Shown here: positions 55,657 through 64,000 of the stretch, piece by piece
Numbering within the stretch: the first letter of the stretch is position 1
How the letters are laid out: every line of letters starts with the position of its first letter
DNA from: Myxococcales bacterium
GTDB lineage: Bacteria; Myxococcota_A; Polyangia; Polyangiales; Polyangiaceae
NCBI GenBank assembly: GCA_043747615.1
Contig: JAYTOU010000027.1
Location: 1 to 64,000, forward strand
Length of the DNA stretch: 64,000 nt
Direction of reading: 5' to 3'
Position numbers and translations under genes: made by a program
Notes under the pieces: generated by a model
The model's database searches: none
Told to the model about the DNA's origin: nothing
The model's input: only the letters and a program-made list of their open reading frames with translations

Positions 55657-56664
55657 TCACTCTCGCGCGAGGAGAAATCGGGCTATTTTCTCGAAGATGA
55701 GGTCTTGGGCGTTTCTCGACAGGAAGAGATCCGCGTGGGCGATCGGATGCGCGGCGTCCCCAACGGCGAGGAGCTCCTTGTCCTTCGATCCAATGACGTC
55801 GAACGGATCGCGTGCGGTCTCCTTCGGCACGATCCCGTCGTTGTTCGCGACGACGCAGAGGAACGGATAGGTCATGTCTCGCAGGGCACGGGATACATTG
55901 ACGCCGCGGATGACCAGATCTCTTCGACCGATCCACTCGGCGATTTCCTTGTTCACGTAGGGGTTCGGATCCTCCACCGTGCGCACCATGGTCGCGGCGT
56001 GGCTCGTGTCCGTCGACTCTGCGTTCAGGTAGAGCGACAGAACGCTGGGCAGGTGGCGCACGAGGAGCGGTAGGGAAAGCTCTGCGAGCTGACGCGTGTA
56101 CTTTACACGTATCATCCCGGCCACCGTGGGTGAGTAGAATGCCGCACGGAGCAGCGGATGGATCTTCACCCAGGTGACGAGCCCGCCGAGGCTGACGACA
56201 CTGTGAACCTTTGCCCTGGGAACGAGCGCGAGGTGCGCGAAGACGAGCGCGGAGCCCAGGCTGCAACCAATGAGATCGATCTCAGTTTTTCCTGTCTTCG
56301 TGGCGCCGAGAACATGCTCGATCGCCCTACCGAGATCGTCGATGGCGAGGTCGGCAAGACCGAAACGGTGGTCGCCCGTCGTCCCGTCCGTCGGACGCGA
56401 GCGCCCTTGGCTTCGCAGATCCACGCTCCACACTTCGATCCCCTTGGAGGCCAGATACGCTTCGAGCGAGAGCCCGTTCGGGTGAAATCCGAAAATGAAC
56501 GAGTTCATCCCGTACCCCGGCACGATGAGCACCGGGCGCGATTTTTTCACGCGAGACTCGCCAGCTGGGGGGATGCGTTTCAGCGAAATCGTCCATCCCG
56601 CGCGGTTGTCCACGTCGTGGATTTCGGGGATGGCCGAAATGGATTCTTCGCGAAGACTGGTCAT
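55657..56664 (-). CDS. Alpha/beta hydrolase (PhaC/lipase-like)
   Basis: PVLIVPG, SLEAYLASKG.EVW.VDLR, IGCSLG, NDGIVP, AHADL. Confidence 0.85.
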   Translation of the reverse strand: MTSLREESISAIPEIHDVDNRAGWTISLKRIPPAGESRVKKSRPVLIVPGYGMNSFIFGFHPNGLSLEAYLASKGIEVWSVDLRSQGRSRPTDGTTGDHRFGLADLAIDDLGRAIEHVLGATKTGKTEIDLIGCSLGSALVFAHLALVPRAKVHSVVSLGGLVTWVKIHPLLRAAFYSPTVAGMIRVKYTRQLAELSLPLLVRHLPSVLSLYLNAESTDTSHAATMVRTVEDPNPYVNKEIAEWIGRRDLVIRGVNVSRALRDMTYPFLCVVANNDGIVPKETARDPFDVIGSKDKELLAVGDAAHPIAHADLFLSRNAQDLIFEKIARFLLARE

Positions 56665-56686
56665 CTCTACGTCACGCAGGCTTTGG

Positions 56687-57856
56687 CTATCGGAGGACAG
56701 CGAACTTCAGATAGCGCCCCTCGGGCCATCCGGGAAGTGTCGGATGGTCGGCCGGGGGGCCGAGGAGCTCCAGCAAGCTGAGGTCGTCGCGGCCGAGCGC
56801 GCCGTCGTCGAGCGTGGAGCTGAACGCCCGCGCGTCGACATGGCTCGAGCACGAAGCCGCGCAGAAAATTCCCCCTTCGGCCAACACGTCCACGCACGCG
56901 CGATGAAGCGAGCGGTACGCGCTCATCGCCCGGGGAAGCGACTTTTCGTTCGGGGCGAAGCTCGGCGGGTCACTGACGATGAGATCCCAGGTGGTTCCTT
57001 TCGCCTTTGCCGAGGCGAGGAACGCGAACGCATCGGCGGTGACGAACTCGTGCGCGCGCGGATCGACGCCTGCGAGCTTGAAGCTGGTCTGCGCCGTCGC
57101 GTGGGCGTTGGCGGCGATGTCGACGCTCGTCACCTTGGTCGCTCCGCCGAGCGCGGCATGAAGCGAAAACCCGCCGGCATACGAGAAGAGGTTGAGGACG
57201 CGTCGCGCGTTGGCTAGCCGTCCGACCCGAACGCGATTCTCCCGTTGATCCAGGAACGCTCCGGTTTTTTGGCCTCGAACCACGTCCACCGCGAAGGGGA
57301 CCCCGTGCTCTCGCACCTCGACGCGATCGGGGCAGGGATCACCGCGAAGCGACCGGGGCTCGGAGCTCTTGCTCGCGTCGCGAGCGATGAGCCGCGTCAC
57401 CCCCATGCGCTCCAGGTGTGGCCAGAGCGCGCGCACGAATCCGTCCTCACGCGCTCGAGCGGCTTCGCCGTCGGTGCGAACGACGGCCACGTCGGCGTAG
57501 CGATCCACGACGAATCCAGGCATGCGGTCCCCTTCACCGTGCACGCATCGGTAGGCGTTCGTCCGCTCGTCGAACAGCTCAGCGCGAATGGCCAAGGCGC
57601 GCGCGATCCGGCGGTCGAAGAGTTTGTCGTCGATTCGTTCATCGCGGCTCGTCCAGAGGCGCACAAAGATCGGCGACGCCGGATCGACGAGGCCAACGCC
57701 GATGAGCGCACCGTCTTGAGCGACGACCCGCACTTCGTCGCCGGCAGTGCTCGATTTCCCGCCGCGGACAATGGCGTTTTGCCAGATCCACGGATGCCCG
57801 CGCCGCGCGGCATCTGCAGCGGCGGGAGATACGACGAGCTCCGTATCCGCGCTCAT
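56687..57856 (-). CDS. rlmI: RlmI-like 23S rRNA m5C methyltransferase
   Basis: RGHPWI PUA domain, HGEGDRMPG, GQKTGAFLDQRENR, LNLFSYAGGFS, DPPSFA, SCS, EGRYLK. Confidence 0.85.
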   Translation of the reverse strand: MSADTELVVSPAAADAARRGHPWIWQNAIVRGGKSSTAGDEVRVVAQDGALIGVGLVDPASPIFVRLWTSRDERIDDKLFDRRIARALAIRAELFDERTNAYRCVHGEGDRMPGFVVDRYADVAVVRTDGEAARAREDGFVRALWPHLERMGVTRLIARDASKSSEPRSLRGDPCPDRVEVREHGVPFAVDVVRGQKTGAFLDQRENRVRVGRLANARRVLNLFSYAGGFSLHAALGGATKVTSVDIAANAHATAQTSFKLAGVDPRAHEFVTADAFAFLASAKAKGTTWDLIVSDPPSFAPNEKSLPRAMSAYRSLHRACVDVLAEGGIFCAASCSSHVDARAFSSTLDDGALGRDDLSLLELLGPPADHPTLPGWPEGRYLKFAVLR

Positions 57857-58005
57857 TTCACCTACAGCCTCGCACATTTTCGGTGTGTCATGGTGACGCA
57901 AGGTGCTTGGCGATTTGGAACATAATGTCGTGCGGTCGTTGACGATCGATGTCTTGAGGCGCAAATTACCGGCTCCGCTCGCTGCGCATGCAGATTGCAT
58001 CGCGG

Positions 58006-58031
58006 AAGAAGTTCGAAAAAGAAGTTCGAAA
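58006..58031. repeat. Perfect 13-bp tandem direct repeat in a divergent intergenic region
   Basis: AAGAAGTTCGAAA x2; nearby inverted repeat ATGCA-GAT-TGCAT at 57988-58000. Confidence 0.7.
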
Positions 58032-58149
58032 GACGCCGGAGCGAAGTCGAATTTTCAACGGTCTTGCCAACACGGGGACACTCACCGGCAGCACTCCGCG
58101 CCGCACGCGCCACGCGGCGGAAGTCATCTCCACTGGCCATAGAGGTACG

Positions 58150-59064
58150 ATGAGCAAGAAGGGCCGAACGGGCAAGTCGAAGAAGGCGTCGCGTCGCGAA
58201 GGAGCCCCTGCTTCTGTGCGCCCCTCGGACGCCATGGCAGCGCTCAAGGTGACGACGCCCATGAAGGTGCTCACACCGGTCGAGTTCACGCGCGACGTCG
58301 ATTCGCCTCATGCGAACGCCGTCGTCGAGCATGATCACGAGGCGGGCTTCTTCGCAGACGTTCGACCTCCGATGCCGAGCCAGGATCACGCAGAGGAGTA
58401 CGATTCACGCCCTTCGAAAATGACGCCTGCCGCCCGCGCGCGACGGGAGCTCTTTACCAAGTACGTGAAGGGCACCGTGGCCCTCCTGATGGCGCTGTGT
58501 ATCGTCGCTCTTCTGCGGGCCGCGACCAGCCACGGTCACGCCGACGACACCCCGGCGGCGAACGCTCAAACGCCGCAAATCGTCGCCGCGAACGTGCAAG
58601 CCGCGCCGGCGCCTACCCAGCTCGATCTCGCGCGTGTTCCGCCACCGCTTCCCGCTGCCGTTGCCGCCGACAAGGCAGCGGCAGACGAAGAAAAGGCTGC
58701 GAAAGCCGCCGATCCCGCACCGGCAAAGGCCAACGAAGCGCCAGCCGAAGCTCCCGTGGCAGCTGCAACGGCGGACGCGACCAAGTCAGAAGAACCCAAG
58801 GCGGAAGCGCCCAAATCCGACAAAACCGCAGGGCAAGAGAAAGCCGCTGCACGCCGGGCACTCGAGTCGGGTCGCGCAGGGGCGGCGATCGAAGCCGGCG
58901 AGCGGTCGGTCGCTCTCGACCCGAGCGACGGGGAAGCGTGGCTCCTCCTCGGCGCCGCTTACCAGGAGAAGGGCAAGCCCGGCGAGGCGCGCCGCTGCTT
59001 CAATGCCTGCCTCAAACAGGGGAAAAAAGGCCCGATTGGCGAATGTCGACAGATGTTACAATGA
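58150..59064 (+). CDS. Single-TM protein with Ala/Pro linker and C-terminal TPR
   Basis: ATG 58150 with GAGG; TM VALLMALCIVALL; ALDPSDGEAWLLLGAAYQE TPR. Confidence 0.8.
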   Translation: MSKKGRTGKSKKASRREGAPASVRPSDAMAALKVTTPMKVLTPVEFTRDVDSPHANAVVEHDHEAGFFADVRPPMPSQDHAEEYDSRPSKMTPAARARRELFTKYVKGTVALLMALCIVALLRAATSHGHADDTPAANAQTPQIVAANVQAAPAPTQLDLARVPPPLPAAVAADKAAADEEKAAKAADPAPAKANEAPAEAPVAAATADATKSEEPKAEAPKSDKTAGQEKAAARRALESGRAGAAIEAGERSVALDPSDGEAWLLLGAAYQEKGKPGEARRCFNACLKQGKKGPIGECRQMLQ

Positions 59065-59115
59065 TGTTCGCGTAAGCTCTCGCCCGCGGCAAACCACCGC
59101 GTTGAGGAGGAGCTC

Positions 59116-60036
59116 GTGCTGAAGCCCATTGGAATCATCTTCGTGGTTGCCTCGCTTTCGACGCTGGGCTGCAAAAAAGATCCGCCCGCCGACATCACGC
59201 CCGCTCCGACGCCTTCGGCGTCAGCCGCCGCCGTAGTCGTAGACGCGAGCACGGCTCCTGCGGCCAGCGCCGTCGGACCCGCTGCCGGAAAAATGGCGCA
59301 CTGCCCGAGCACCGTCACCGGCGCGACGACCGACATCAAAGACAGCCCTGACGGCGTGAGCATTACCGTCACCTCCGCGGACGCCACGCAGACCGCCGAT
59401 ATCCGCGCGCGCGCGAGCTTCTTGGCTGAAGCCGCAAAGAACATCCCCGACGGCAAACAGCACAATGGAAGCGGCGAAGGGGGAGGCGTTTATGGTCGCT
59501 GTCCGGTCATCATGCGCAACACCGTGATCGCTATTTCCGAAGTTACGGGCGGCGTGAAGATCGACGTGAAGCCCAAAGATCCCAAGGAGCGCGACTGGCT
59601 TCGTCGTGAAGCGCGCGATCGCAACGCGGAGCTCGCTCTGCCCGGCGCCTCGGTCGCCTCCGGCGCGGGCCAGGGAAAAATGGGACATTGCCCGAGCGCG
59701 GTCCTCAGCTCCACGACCACCGTCAAGGACACGAAGGACGGCGTCCAGGTCGACATCGTCGGCAAGGACGAAGCGACCACCAAGGACATCCGCGATCGCT
59801 CGAGGCTTCTCGTCGCGGCCGCCAAGGTCGAGACCGAAAACGTCGCCCACAAAGGCGACGGGTCCGGCGGTGGCGGTCTCGGGCGCTGCCCGGTCGTGCT
59901 CACCGGAACGACCGTCGAAGCGAAAGACATTCCAGGCGGCGAGAGCTTCCTCGTGAAGCCCCTGAAGGCCGCCGACGCGGTGTCCCTCCGCAAGGAATCG
60001 CGCGACCGCGCGGCGAATTTCGTGGCTTCGAAATAA
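59116..60036 (+). CDS. Lipoprotein with duplicated HCPS...H.G.G.GGG..GRCPV domain
   Basis: GAGGAGG RBS, lipobox TLGC, two clearly homologous halves. Confidence 0.85.
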   Translation: MLKPIGIIFVVASLSTLGCKKDPPADITPAPTPSASAAAVVVDASTAPAASAVGPAAGKMAHCPSTVTGATTDIKDSPDGVSITVTSADATQTADIRARASFLAEAAKNIPDGKQHNGSGEGGGVYGRCPVIMRNTVIAISEVTGGVKIDVKPKDPKERDWLRREARDRNAELALPGASVASGAGQGKMGHCPSAVLSSTTTVKDTKDGVQVDIVGKDEATTKDIRDRSRLLVAAAKVETENVAHKGDGSGGGGLGRCPVVLTGTTVEAKDIPGGESFLVKPLKAADAVSLRKESRDRAANFVASK

Positions 60037-60042
60037 GAGCCC

Positions 60043-60453
60043 GTGCGGCGTCGCGCGGCTGGCAGGGCTGGGTGGCTTCCGCTCTTTGGTGCGGCGTTCG
60101 TCATCGCTGCGTGCACCAGCCAAGGGACGCCATGCTCGCCCGGAGACGTCCGCTACTGCGATTGTTCGGGCAAACGCGGCTACGAGCAATGCGCACCGAG
60201 CGGTGACGGCTACGGCGCCTGCGACTGCACCGGCAAGGTCCCAGGCGTGGCCGACGCGGCGGTGGACGACGCCGCAGACTCCGGGCTTCTTCCCTTTCTT
60301 TCGCCCTGCAAGACGAACGAACAGTGCGCCACGAACCTCTGCTTCCCGTTCAACGCCTTTGGCCCCCACTGCTCCAAGCCCTGCAACGTAAGCATGGATT
60401 GCCCACCCCCCTCGCCGGGGTGCAGCGGCATGGGTGTGTGTAAACTACAATGA
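60043..60453 (+). CDS. Cys-rich lipoprotein
   Basis: Lipobox IAAC; C-terminal FLSPC...CSKPC...DCPPPSPGCSGMGVC; stop overlaps the receptor ATG. Confidence 0.8.
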   Translation: MRRRAAGRAGWLPLFGAAFVIAACTSQGTPCSPGDVRYCDCSGKRGYEQCAPSGDGYGACDCTGKVPGVADAAVDDAADSGLLPFLSPCKTNEQCATNLCFPFNAFGPHCSKPCNVSMDCPPPSPGCSGMGVCKLQ

Positions 60454-62621
60454 AATCACGAGCGAGCGTGGCTGTCGCCCTCATCCTCGTCTCCAAGGCT
60501 GCCGCCGCCGACGAGCCCGCGACACCTCCGCACGACGCCGAGCCTCTTCAGAAGCCTGAGCCGCTCGAGGTACGGGTGATCGGTGGCAAGCCGGATTCGC
60601 TCCAGCGCATCCCAGGCTCGGGCACGATGGTCACCCGCCAGGAGATCGAGCGCGCGCAGCCGACGGACACGGCCGAGATGCTGCGGCGGGTGCCTGGCGT
60701 CCAGGTGCGACAGGAATACGGCGGCGGCCAGCGGCTCGACATCAGCATTCGCGGGCTGGAAGGGGGACGGAGCCGCCGCGTGCTCGTGCTCGAAGATGGT
60801 ATTCCCGTTGCGCTCAATCCGTATGCCGAGCCCGACATGTACTATTCGCCGCCCGTCGAGCGCATGCGCGGGATCGAGGTCGTGAAGGGGAGCGGCAACA
60901 TCCTCTTCGGCCCCCAGACCATCGGCGGCGTCGTGAACTTTCTCACCCTCGCCCCCACGGGCGAGCATGCCGCGGCCGTGGACGCCGAAGGCGGATCACT
61001 CGGATACTTCCGGGGTCTTGCGAAGTATGGCGATTCCTACGGGGGCGTTCGTTACGTCGTGCAGGCTTTCCACAAACGCGGAGACGGCTTTCGCGACGAG
61101 TCCTTCAACTCGACCGACGGAGTGGCGAAGTTTGCATTCGACACCTCCCGCAACGGAGAGCTGACTTTCAAGATTGGATTTCATGACGACGCCGCGCAAT
61201 CAGACGATGTTGGCCTCACACGCGATCTATACGCGGCCAATCCTCGTCAGGGAACGCTGGCACCGCTCGATCACCTTCACCTCCGCCGATTCGAAGTGTC
61301 GATGATCCACGAGCACCGTTTCACAGCAGAAACGAAGCTCAAGACGCTGATCTACGCGTACGACACCAACCGCATCTGGCGCCGGCAGAACTACGCGCGC
61401 ACGAACGATCCGCGCGCGAGCTATGATCACGTCGCCGGCGACACGCAGCTCCCGGGAGGCGGTATCTATTTTCTCCCGACAGACACCATTCTCGATCGCG
61501 ATTACCAAGTAGCGGGAATGGAGCCGCGCCTCGAGCACCGGGTGGATACGGGCGGGGTCGGCCACACCTTCGACATCGGCGCCCGGCTGCTCGGTGAAAC
61601 CGCTCATTATCAGCAGCGATCAGGGGATAACCCGACCTCGTACTCCGGAAGCCTCGATTACGAAGAGCAACATCGGACGATTGCGTTTGCCACTTATGTC
61701 CAGGATCGCATGGCTTTTCGTGATTGGGTCTTGGTCACTCCGGGAGTGCGCGTAGAGCACGCCGAGTACCACCGGATCGTCCTCCGGCAGAACGATGGGA
61801 CGGGAACCCACGACGTCTCGAACGCCGGCAACTCGGCGGTGAGTGGGTTCATTCCCGGGATTGGGATGATCGTCGGATCGCGCAAAGCCCATGTTTTTGG
61901 CGGGATGCACGTCGGGTGGGCCCCTCCCCGGGTGACGTCATCCATCAGCCCGAAAGGAACGCCGGCCGATCTCAAAGCCGAGCAGAGCATCAACTACGAG
62001 ACAGGCGCGCGCATGATGCCGAACAAGTGGCTGAAGGCCGAAGTCACTGGCTTCTTATCGAACTTTCAAAACCAAGTGGTTCTCAACACGCTTCCGGGCG
62101 CACAAACCACCGAGACCGACGGCGGAAGCACGCGCCACCTCGGCGTGGAGGCGGCGACGGTGGTCGGGGTCGGTAAAATCCTTGATTTACCGCTCATCGT
62201 CGATGTTGGGGCCCGCTACACGTTCGCCCGCGCGACCTTCATCGGGGGCCGCTCCGACGGCAATCTTCTGCCCTATGCGCCCCTTCACAGCTTCAATGCC
62301 AACTTGGATATCGAACATTCGAGCGGCGTCGGTGGCCAGATTGCGTATGCGCACGTGAGCTGGCAGTTCACCGATGTGGCCAACACCATCGACGTCGACT
62401 CCACCGGGCGCGTCGGTCTCCTCCCGAGTCACAACATCCTCGACGTCACGGCGCACTACCGCCACAAGAAGTCCGGCCTCTCTCTTCGATTTACCCTGAA
62501 AAACGCGCTCGATGACGTGTACGTCGTGGCCCGCCGCCCCGAAGGGATCTTCGCGTCCGGTTTCCGCCAGGCCATCGTTGGTCTGCGCTGGGACTACGAG
62601 AAGAAGGCGAGCGCGGAGTAG
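60450..62621 (+). CDS. TonB-dependent receptor, FecA-like
   Basis: Plug motifs EMLRRVPGV, ISIRG, VLVLEDGIP, IEVVKGSG, GGVVNF; amphipathic barrel strands; NALDDVY; terminal strand VGLRWDY. Confidence 0.93.
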   Translation: MKSRASVAVALILVSKAAAADEPATPPHDAEPLQKPEPLEVRVIGGKPDSLQRIPGSGTMVTRQEIERAQPTDTAEMLRRVPGVQVRQEYGGGQRLDISIRGLEGGRSRRVLVLEDGIPVALNPYAEPDMYYSPPVERMRGIEVVKGSGNILFGPQTIGGVVNFLTLAPTGEHAAAVDAEGGSLGYFRGLAKYGDSYGGVRYVVQAFHKRGDGFRDESFNSTDGVAKFAFDTSRNGELTFKIGFHDDAAQSDDVGLTRDLYAANPRQGTLAPLDHLHLRRFEVSMIHEHRFTAETKLKTLIYAYDTNRIWRRQNYARTNDPRASYDHVAGDTQLPGGGIYFLPTDTILDRDYQVAGMEPRLEHRVDTGGVGHTFDIGARLLGETAHYQQRSGDNPTSYSGSLDYEEQHRTIAFATYVQDRMAFRDWVLVTPGVRVEHAEYHRIVLRQNDGTGTHDVSNAGNSAVSGFIPGIGMIVGSRKAHVFGGMHVGWAPPRVTSSISPKGTPADLKAEQSINYETGARMMPNKWLKAEVTGFLSNFQNQVVLNTLPGAQTTETDGGSTRHLGVEAATVVGVGKILDLPLIVDVGARYTFARATFIGGRSDGNLLPYAPLHSFNANLDIEHSSGVGGQIAYAHVSWQFTDVANTIDVDSTGRVGLLPSHNILDVTAHYRHKKSGLSLRFTLKNALDDVYVVARRPEGIFASGFRQAIVGLRWDYEKKASAE

Positions 62622-62681
62622 TCGCTCTCACCCCCGACCGGTATGATTGTCAGTCTGGCACCACCCTAGAGCGAGGTTGAC

Positions 62682-63041
62682 ATGCACGGCCGTTCTCCTT
62701 GGATTCGCATCGTTCCGTTTTTCTTCGCTCCGCTCCTCGGCCTCACGGCCTGCGCGGTGACCGCCCGGCCGTCACACGACGCCGCAGACAGCGGGACCGA
62801 CAGCGCTCCGGAGGCCGGTCCCGTCGATGCTGGGGCAAACGGATTTCTCACGCCGTGCACGGTCCTGGGAATGCCGGGGGACTGTCCGCCGGGGGAAAAT
62901 CTCACGTGCCGGAGCTACCCGAACCCCGCGCCAGGCAGAAATCTCTGCACTCGCCCGTGCACCCCGGCGACCGTTGCCGTCGACTGTCCCCCGCCGTCTA
63001 AGGGGTGCGGGGGAATGGGGCTCTGCGCTGCCGGCCCGTAG
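62682..63041 (+). CDS. Cys-rich lipoprotein, paralog of 60043..60453
   Basis: GAGG RBS, lipobox LTAC; FLTPC...CTRPC...DCPPPSKGCGGMGLC. Confidence 0.8.
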   Translation: MHGRSPWIRIVPFFFAPLLGLTACAVTARPSHDAADSGTDSAPEAGPVDAGANGFLTPCTVLGMPGDCPPGENLTCRSYPNPAPGRNLCTRPCTPATVAVDCPPPSKGCGGMGLCAAGP

Positions 63042-63084
63042 AAACTCACGCCGTCTAGGCACGGGCGGTGCACACTCCTGCTCG

Positions 63085-64000
63085 ATGGCTCGATCGATCT
63101 GGCGCAAAGGCGCGATGTGCGCGCTCACCGTGACTTTGGTTTTTTCCGCGGTTTCGTGCAAGAAACGCCGTACCGGCGTCGTCGGTCCCATGGCGGCGAG
63201 CCTGGTCGATGCCTCGGCCGCGAACGAGCTGGCCATGGCCGAAAAGAAGGCCAACAAGCAGCGGATGAAAGAGGCACTCGTCTACGTGGACGGCCGGCAG
63301 ATCGGCGTCATGCGCATCACCGAGCTGCCCCCCTTGCTGAAGCGGCACGAGTACACGCTTGCGGACGGTCGCACCGCGGCGCGCTGGAACCTCGTCGAAT
63401 ACATCGAGAGCGTCGGCGTCGACGTTCGCAAAATCCAGGATTTGCATCTGTACGGAGGTCGCGATCGCACCGCGCGGATCACGGGAGACGAGCTGCGTCG
63501 CGTGCGAAGCGAGCTTTACTTCGACTACACGCGCGGTGAAAAAGGCGGAAAGACCCGGATGCGGTGGCCCGAGCACGGCATCAAGATGAACACCAGCATC
63601 GACAACGTGATGGCGATGGCGATCTACGTCGACAAGCCCGCGCCGACGTACAGCACGGAGGTCTACGCGCTCACGTTTGCGGACGGCAAAGCCATCGAGG
63701 GGATCCCGTACGCGCCGGTCGAGGAAGGTCACGGAACCCGCTTCTACGTCGACGGAGTTCTCCTCGGCACCATGAAGCGGAAGCAACTGCCGGATTCACT
63801 TTTGTTACCCGGAAGTGACACGGCGCCGACCACGGACGCCGGCCTGGTTCATTCGTTCTCCCTCATCGCTTATCTCGCGTCGGTTGGCGCGGACATCAAC
63901 CACGCGAAAACAATCGACTATGTTGGCGGAGACGACGTGGTCGCGCGGATCCCGGGCTCGGTCGTCGCGAAGGACCCAAACAGCCTGGCGTTTTCGATTC
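63085..64000 (+). CDS. Lipoprotein with internally repeated domain (partial, runs off the window)
   Basis: Open frame from ATG 63085 to the window end: MARSIWRKGAMCALTVTLVFSAVSC lipobox; repeats VYVDGRQIGVMRITELP...LVEYIESVGVD and FYVDGVLLGTMKRKQLP...LIAYLASVGAD. Not in the ORF track. Confidence 0.8.
   Translation, partial: MARSIWRKGAMCALTVTLVFSAVSCKKRRTGVVGPMAASLVDASAANELAMAEKKANKQRMKEALVYVDGRQIGVMRITELPPLLKRHEYTLADGRTAARWNLVEYIESVGVDVRKIQDLHLYGGRDRTARITGDELRRVRSELYFDYTRGEKGGKTRMRWPEHGIKMNTSIDNVMAMAIYVDKPAPTYSTEVYALTFADGKAIEGIPYAPVEEGHGTRFYVDGVLLGTMKRKQLPDSLLLPGSDTAPTTDAGLVHSFSLIAYLASVGADINHAKTIDYVGGDDVVARIPGSVVAKDPNSLAFSI

Overview
High-GC chromosomal window whose gene content points to a myxobacterium of the Polyangiaceae/Sorangiineae type (inference from Ser/Thr kinase-TPR/PEGA-Cys-rich lipoprotein modules, a CdbA-like RHH protein and choice-of-anchor-L lipoprotein). 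It opens with the right end of an IS256-family element. It then carries about 53 CDSs, mostly housekeeping: bamA, archaeal-type topoisomerase VI B+A, biotin carboxylase, an M16 peptidase pair, lepA, rluB, pepP, xerC, an ECF sigma, hisZ-purA, a GH63 glucosidase and an RlmI-like methyltransferase. I saw no rRNA, tRNA or CRISPR array. Best candidates for undescribed biology: (1) a FecA-like TonB-dependent receptor locus at 59.1-64 kb, where two paralogous disulfide-rich lipoproteins bracket the receptor and two internally repeated lipoproteins (one with HCP/RCP motifs) lie outside them; (2) a NarM-like + catalytically degenerate MoaC + transmembrane fusion; (3) a soluble kinase / membrane pseudokinase / TPR / Cys-lipoprotein / Tim44-Zn ribbon-TerB cassette. 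All three kinase-family genes share a TAnnnT-N6-GTG leaderless-promoter signature. Family calls come from motif recognition by eye, not database searches. Several start codons were moved from the ORF track and are estimates.
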